The notes below the pieces were generated by a model. It searched no databases and was not told where the DNA came from. It was given only the letters and a program-made list of their open reading frames with translations. Below, in pieces: positions 57,190 through 64,000 of a DNA stretch of 64,000 nucleotides (position 1 is the first letter of the stretch; every line of letters begins with the position of its first letter). The stretch spans positions 176,514,001-176,578,000 of the forward strand of contig OZ024741.1 in NCBI GenBank assembly GCA_964016885.1, given 5' to 3'. A program made the position numbers and the translations under genes. The stretch is from Eledone cirrhosa. Its lineage: Eukaryota.

Positions 57190-57450
57190 CTGTCTTAGTT
57201 TTTAGCGCATTGGACATACGATCACAACGCCGTGGGTTAGATTCTCGAACGAGGTTGAGTGTTGTGTTCTGAATCAAATAATTTATTTCACGTTGCTCCA
57301 GTATAATCAGCTGACAATGATTACCAGCACTATCTGCGGGCGGGGTACCTGTGCAATGGACTGGCGTCCATCCAGGGGAAGATCTTGTAGTCGCATTTGC
57401 TTAACCCCAAGGAAACTGGCCTAACGAAACTTCGGACAGGCGACAGGTTT
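57190..57450 (+). mobile_element. Old tRNA-SINE of a third family
   Basis: TAGCGCATTGG..GTGGGTTAGATTCTC head, then GTGTTGTGTTCTGAATCAAA..TTTCACGTTGCTCCAGT..CAGCTG central domain. Confidence 0.5.
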
Positions 57451-58097
57451 TAGAATTCAGATAAGAAGGATTTCATAAGAATATTTGCAAAAATAAAATA
57501 AACGATTTACAATACTTTGATACAGTTTGGCTGTGAAAGTATTATTTAATTATATATATTTAATTATATATATTATGATGAATAAAAGAAATATATATTT
57601 AGAATTTCGTTGGTAGAGGCACTCACAAAAGTATTTAGTAATCAACCTATCATCGAACGAAAGACTGCTTAATTCATAAGAAATTGAATTCATTCACTGT
57701 GATTGCAACATTATTTGTAGAATTTTGGTTTCATGGACGGGTTATCCCCCCATCCCAACTGATTAAGCTAGAGTTTCGCCTAACGTTTAAATGTGTCTTT
57801 GGAGCCAATAAGTTAGCAATGCTTTGTATATGAACGTAACGTGAAAGGTTATTTTTGAAATAGTACTTTAGTCATCCAGCCAAGATTTCAATATTGAAAA
57901 ATGAAAATTTATGAATTTATTTTCCGAATCTATTAAAATATTTTTTATCATATTTAAGAAAACATATAAGATCGTCTAAAATGAAAGTGACAAAAGAAAT
58001 AAAAAAAAATAACGTTTTACTAACAGAGAAATGAAATGTCTCGTTTAACAAAACATCAGTAAATATCTAATGGTATTCATTGAATTCTTGGAAAATA

Positions 58098-58286
58098 TAA
58101 TTGTTTCTATATTTGGCACAAGGCCAGCAATTACCCCAGTGCATTACTGGTACTTTATTTTATCAATTCCGTAAGGATGAAAGGCAAAGGTAACCTCGGT
58201 GGGATTTGAACTCAGACCATAAAGGGGCGTAACTCTATGCTGCAAAGCATGGCGTCCGACCTTCTACCGTTACTACCAATCCACCA
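58098..58286 (-). mobile_element. tRNA-SINE (major family), reverse orientation
   Basis: Reverse complement of the family consensus. Confidence 0.85.
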
Positions 58287-58734
58287 TAATGCCAAGAAAT
58301 AATACCCATTTAAAGAAAATTATTGATTCAATATTGCTTCCATTCCTTAATTAAATTCACTCATTAAAATTCATACAACTATGTCAATGGTGCCAAAGAA
58401 ATGTGTTTTAAAGCTGATACGAGCAATTTATATATTCCTCTGGATTCCCATTCACACAGAAATGAAAACAATTCAGAAAGAGATTCAGCTCTGCATTGAC
58501 AAATAAATATGGACGGCTGCTATCTGATTTATAATTAAGAATAATTAACAAACTTACCTAGATGACAATGTAGTGCATAGCCAGTGTCGTGGGCGTCATC
58601 AATTTTCAGCTCTCTGCAATCAACAGTTTTCACCACAACACTGGAAAATATATACATATTGAATTATGCGCAACTAATCGCCTTAAAGACAGGAATAATG
58701 AATAGAATTGTTCAAGTTGATGCACCACATACAC

Positions 58735-58842
<108 letters not shown>

Positions 58843-59014
58843 CTATAGTATTTAGTAAAAAAAATACAGTGACATCTAATTAAATTTTCAAATTTCGCTT
58901 GCCGTTTTCTAAACGTTGAATACATATACATTTATTTATACGAATTTCTATAAATGAATACACACACACACACACACACGCACACACACACACACACAGA
59001 CACACATACACACA

Positions 59015-59119
<105 letters not shown>

Positions 59120-59287
59120 AATTATTCATTTATGTAAATGTGCCTACATTGTTAAATTAACTTCACACTTGCTGACAGCTATTTTATATTGAAACAGTAT
59201 ATATTTTCACCTTGTAGAATTAAACGGAAGTGAAACTAAACCTTCACACAATACCAGTGCAACAATGCCAGTGCAACAATGCCAAAA

Positions 59288-59374
<87 letters not shown>

Positions 59375-59636
59375 TGTGTGTGCTTGTGTGTGTGAAGGTG
59401 TGTGTGTTTATTGACAAACATAACATCATTATTTATTTTGTGAATATAAAATGCAAAAGTAATTCAATCGTGTCTCTCGCCTTCCGGCATTCAACCGTTA
59501 CTACTACCCATCAGCGCCTCACAGTAATAATGATGATAACAATAATAATAATTGTTTTATTAGTTAGGCAGTGCTTACAGGGCTTACTTCAAGAAAACAT
59601 TAAGGATGGCACAGAACATTACAGTGTCTAATATAT

Positions 59637-60048
59637 TGTTGCAAAATTCGGTCTCCAACTACAAAGTCAGCAGCTGGGAAACCGCAAGCAGGCCGATCTA
59701 GCCAACTTACTTAAAATAGAAGAAGCCGGCCGATCTAGCCAAGCCGACTATTCACCAAGCCGACTATTCTCATCACCAAAATTCAGCCATCTGTCATTAC
59801 TACGCCTCCGAACTCAGAGTGAGTGCTTCGGTTCCAACGTCACACGAAGTCTTCATTGGCAATTACACAGTTTAAATAGTCTACTTCCACTAAAACGCAC
59901 CTAAAGACCGTACATCATGTTTCAAATCAGTCACGCGATAACTTATTTGTTTTTTTCTCGCTTTCCTTTGTAGATCTGGGGAACAGTGTTTCGAATTCGA
60001 GTGATACCATTTGCAGCTGCTGATTGATTTTACATCTTCTTCGTAACA
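59637..60048 (-). repeat. Probable 3' LTR (412 bp) of the adjacent Gypsy remnant
   Basis: The reverse strand begins AGTAA|TGTTACG and ends TTGCAACA (TG...CA with short inverted termini), just downstream of the integrase end. Confidence 0.6.
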
Positions 60049-61720
60049 TTACTCGGTCCTAGAATTTTGTCGACCCGAAAAAAGTAGATATCATTTATTA
60101 ATCGTACAGGGAATAATCCTTGAACTTATAGGGGTTTTCCCTTTGCCGCTTCCGAGGAAGTTTTTCCCCACTTTGATCCATTTCCACTGGCGTCACTTGA
60201 TTCTCTTTTTGGTTTGCTTCTTCGTCTCGTACTTCTTCCTCACGGTGACTATCTTGCTATTGCTCTTCTTTTCCTTGGTCTTCCCCAGTATCTTTGTCAA
60301 CAGATATGTCCAATCTCGCAGGGATGGGTCCCAGCTCACCTGGCCAAACCCATAGTCCTTCAACAGAGGATTCACATGCACAATCTTAGGAGGAACCCTC
60401 TCGCCTCCTCGAACCCGGTACATGATATCGGAGAGCTAATTCATCGCAATATAGGGTCCTTCCTAAGGACTCTAGAGCTTTGACGACTGTCCTTTTTCTG
60501 CTGGAGATTATAAAGCACACTTCATCACACTCCTTAAGGTTGATCTCACGAGCCCTGGCACCAATGCCGACGTTTCATCACTCCACTCGAAAACTCGAAG
60601 CTTCTCTAATTTGATGGTGTACCTCTGTCACATTCTCTTGCAGATGATTCGTATAGCTGGTGGTTTCGCTAGGTAGTTCTTCACCTGGTGGTCTTCCCAT
60701 CAATAGATCAATCGGCAATCTCACCTCATCAGCTTTGCAGGTGTATAGCCAGTTGTGTCCTGTATTGCCGAAGGATATGCCATCAACAAACGGGTAACTT
60801 CAAATCCCATTCCAACTATCCTTCTACACAATGCTTGGCTAATTTTTGTCCTAATGTCCAATTAAATGTCTCCACAATCCCATCCCACTGTGGCCTCAAT
60901 TGGGTTTTCCAGGTCTTCTTAATCCGTAACAACCTACAATACTTCTGAAATACAGTTGATTCAAAGTTCCTACTCTGGCCAGAATGCTGCATCTGAAGCA
61001 CCCCAAAAGAAGGACTGATCCCCCAACTCTAGTGCAACAGTCGTGGCTTCTCGATCAGGGATAGCATATGCTTCTGGCCACTTTGTCAAATAGTCCATGG
61101 CCACACATATGTTCTGACTTCCTCTTTCAGTGCAAGGCAAAGGTCTAGCAATATCCACTGCTACTCTTTCCATTGGTGTACAGCTGAAAGAGGGGCACAC
61201 CTCTGCTACTTGGTTCCCTTTTTGGCGCAGCATACATGACCAGACCAACACCTTTCTTTAACGTCTTAGACCATCCCAATCCAGTAGAACTTCGGCCGCA
61301 GCCGATTAGAAGTTTTCTTTACCCCCAAATTTCCACTGGTAATCAGATCATGAGTTTCTTCTAAAAGGTTTTATTTTCTTAGGTATTACCAGTTGTCAGT
61401 ACGTGTTAAAACCATCGGATGTTTCCCGTCGCCTCTCAAGTAATCCGTTCTGCAGGCGAAGAAGGTCACACTGGCTCCAGTAGTTCCTAATGTCAGGGCT
61501 GGAACTAGACACGTCTTTCGAAATGATCTCACTGCACTCTGCTGCAGTCACTCTATCACTGGTCTTAAATCTGCATCATTCATCTGGCTCTTTATTTCTT
61601 CTTCAATCATAGTTTAGTTATTCTTCAATCTTCTTCTTCATACCCAGTAACTGTAGTACAGTTGCACTACCTGCTAAGATCTTCCCTTCCACTACAATGC
61701 TTGCAATCCTGGTCCCAAGG
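60049..61720 (-). mobile_element. Ty3/Gypsy integrase remnant
   Basis: PMERVAVDIARPLP..VAMDYLTKWPEAYAIPDREATTVA, HSGQSRNFES.VF, PQWDGIVETFNWTL, YRVR..PKIVHVN. Confidence 0.88.
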
Positions 61721-61779
61721 CCATGTACCTGGCCCAGATGGTGGCTGTAACTCATAGTTTTGCTGGTACAGCTTCTCTA

Positions 61780-62690
61780 GCACTGGAATTTCAACTGACC
61801 GCATTGATAGACTGCAGTGAACATCTGACAACAGCCAGGGACACATTCAAGGTCTTCGCTATACCAATGACTACAGTTCAATCGAAAGGATGTGCTGCAG
61901 AAAGACGTGTCTCAGAAACAACGACCAAACAAGTCCACTATTTATGAATATCTAGAGATAACGTAGCCTCAGTGCATCTTTGTACATCATCAGCCGCGAC
62001 AGGCCTAAGCCGCCGTGCTAAGAGAGTTTGCAGTAGATGGATCGTCTGACCAGTGTAACCTGTCCACTCCACAAGGTCAAAGATGGGGGTTTCAACCTTG
62101 TGAGAGGTGGACTGGGGAACGTCACAATAGCCAGGCGGTAATTGAGGATGGAAGCGATGTACGCGTTCACCACATCTGTCCGACCTTTCACGGATAATTT
62201 CCTCTCGGCCTATTTCTGGGTAAAATTGATCACACTGCTCGTAACCTCATCCCAGTTCCTACCCACCTGGAGATCCGGTGTAAACCAGATCCAATCATCT
62301 TGACCAGTTCGTCCTTCCAGCACATGACGAACCTTTTGATGAGCATGGGTTTGCATCCCCAGCTGCTAATGTGCATGAAAGCAAACCAGCCTCTGAAAAT
62401 CTTAACCTCTCAGATGAGCATAGATATGGGTCTGACATTTTCAATTATGTCGCTTTTTTTCATGTTTCCTAATATTTTACTACTCCTAATAAAAAATTGG
62501 GAATTTTCCTTTTTAGTTGCCATTTGCAGTAAAATTATGTAAGGACATTGGCGAAGAAGTTTGACATATCTACGTAAATCATATAGAGTAGATCATCCAA
62601 ACCGGGTAAGCTACGACTCATCTAGCTGCGTAGGGCGTTCCCTATTTCTGTTTTTGTTATCGGCTTTTCGTAGCACTCCACATGTGGGAA
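61780..62690 (-). pseudogene. Degenerate L1/Tx1-type ORF2 fragments
   Basis: The reverse strand gives RKLSVKGRTDVVNAYIAS, VRRSIYC..GGLGLSRLMMYKDALRLR and ECYEKPITKTEIGNAL, all homologous to the 49415 ORF2. Confidence 0.7.
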
Positions 62691-64000
62691 GTCATGATAA
62701 ACATGATGAGAATGAGGATGATGGTGGTGGTGATGATGGGGTTGAAGATGTCGAGGACGAATAGAATGTTGATTTAAATATATCTCTCTAGCATTTGTAA
62801 TCCGCGTGCTTGACATTGCACACATTTCCTATTTAGGGAATTCTTTAATCACATCACATAAATGATTTAGTAGAAATTATTAGTTCACTGTCATAAATAT
62901 CCAGCATAGAAGGAAGATTCTCTATTACATAATAAAGAAAACATTTAATTGTTCCATTAATCACTGGTTTATTTGTGAATATTCCACCACATTGCTATTG
63001 GACACCGGTATTAAATGCCCGATATTTATGAAGTTTAAAATGAAAACTTCGTAAGGTTTGGCATTCGACACTTAAGATTAATGATTAGGTTCAATGATTT
63101 TATCCAACTGTTTACTTCACCTTTACCAACATTTTCTATGGTTTACGAGCCAGCAAGGGAACCTCAGTGTGGTCATTAAACATGTTGTTACAAGAACCAA
63201 ATCTTCCCTAAAGAACACACTGCCATCTTAAAGGAGAGACATTGTACAATGAGGCCCGAGGTTGAAATAGCATGAAGCAAATTGCCTTGAAGCAATAGTT
63301 CAAGCGCCTTACGTTCTTTCTTAGAAATCTATTTTGTTTTACTTTGGTAGTAGACTTAATGCGAGGCTTAGTCTAACACCACCACTTGGCGTTTAAATGA
63401 TTTAGCGGTGTTAACTTTATTGCAAGCATTTTGGTCATGTCATTAGGTTAAGATTACCTTGCTCCCTCCTCCTCGGAGATCCTGAAACGTACCGTGCGCA
63501 CTACCCATCTTGCCCTAACTAAACCATAACTAAACCTGCAGTATATCAGAAAATGAATAAAAAGAACAAAGCGGGCGTGACATGCACGACTAGACTATCT
63601 TTTGATACTAATACAACTCTCTCGTGGACGTCCTGGAGGTAAATAACAACAAAAAAAAAAGCAAAATAAACAACAACTAAATCTTGTTTTATACATGGAA
63701 TATATAGGCAATACATCTATTTATGCAGGTCATGAGGAGGCACGTATATAGTCACATACTTTGCAAGAAACAGCAGCCAAATTCGCATCATTGCATCGTA
63801 CTCTTTACAGCGTCCTTCTTTATATAGAATTTGGATAGTGTGGACTCCATTACAAAGCGTTTGATTATCGGTCTACTCTTCCAGAACACTTATAGGTAAA
63901 AAATCAACAATAATAAAACAAAATATATATTTGTGACAACGAGGGATACACTATGTGGGAGCTCGACCAGCAAATAATAACAGCTAATACCTCCACATGT

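Overview
AT-rich, microsatellite-dense animal genomic DNA. The SINEs resemble octopod/coleoid cephalopod SINEs, which is from recall and not from a search. I see no convincing host gene, and almost all identifiable sequence is retroelement-derived. It contains four L1/Tx1-type LINE copies (one near full length, 47272-53001, inside a (TATC)n tract) plus a lone 3' UTR, and four R4/Dong-type RLE LINE pieces, three of them abutting (TAA)n. There are also three Penelope-like elements (PLEs) of the YRDD 'Naiad'-like type, a Gypsy integrase remnant with one LTR, RTE fragments, about 14 tRNA-SINE copies and a tandem array of mariner-type MITEs. The most unusual feature is about 20 type I hammerhead-ribozyme motifs from about 10 distinct sequence families, packed between 12.3 kb and 55.8 kb. 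Two families carry the compensatory U3-A8 core (UUGANAA) and two have very long stem II with a C.A base and GUU site. Many lie in ORF-less fold-back palindromes (0.2-1.1 kb arms, ribozymes pointing outward) or in a 524-bp tandem unit, embedded in (TA)n. These look like non-autonomous, retrozyme-like PLE derivatives. All folds were done by eye, and coordinates of degenerate ends are approximate.
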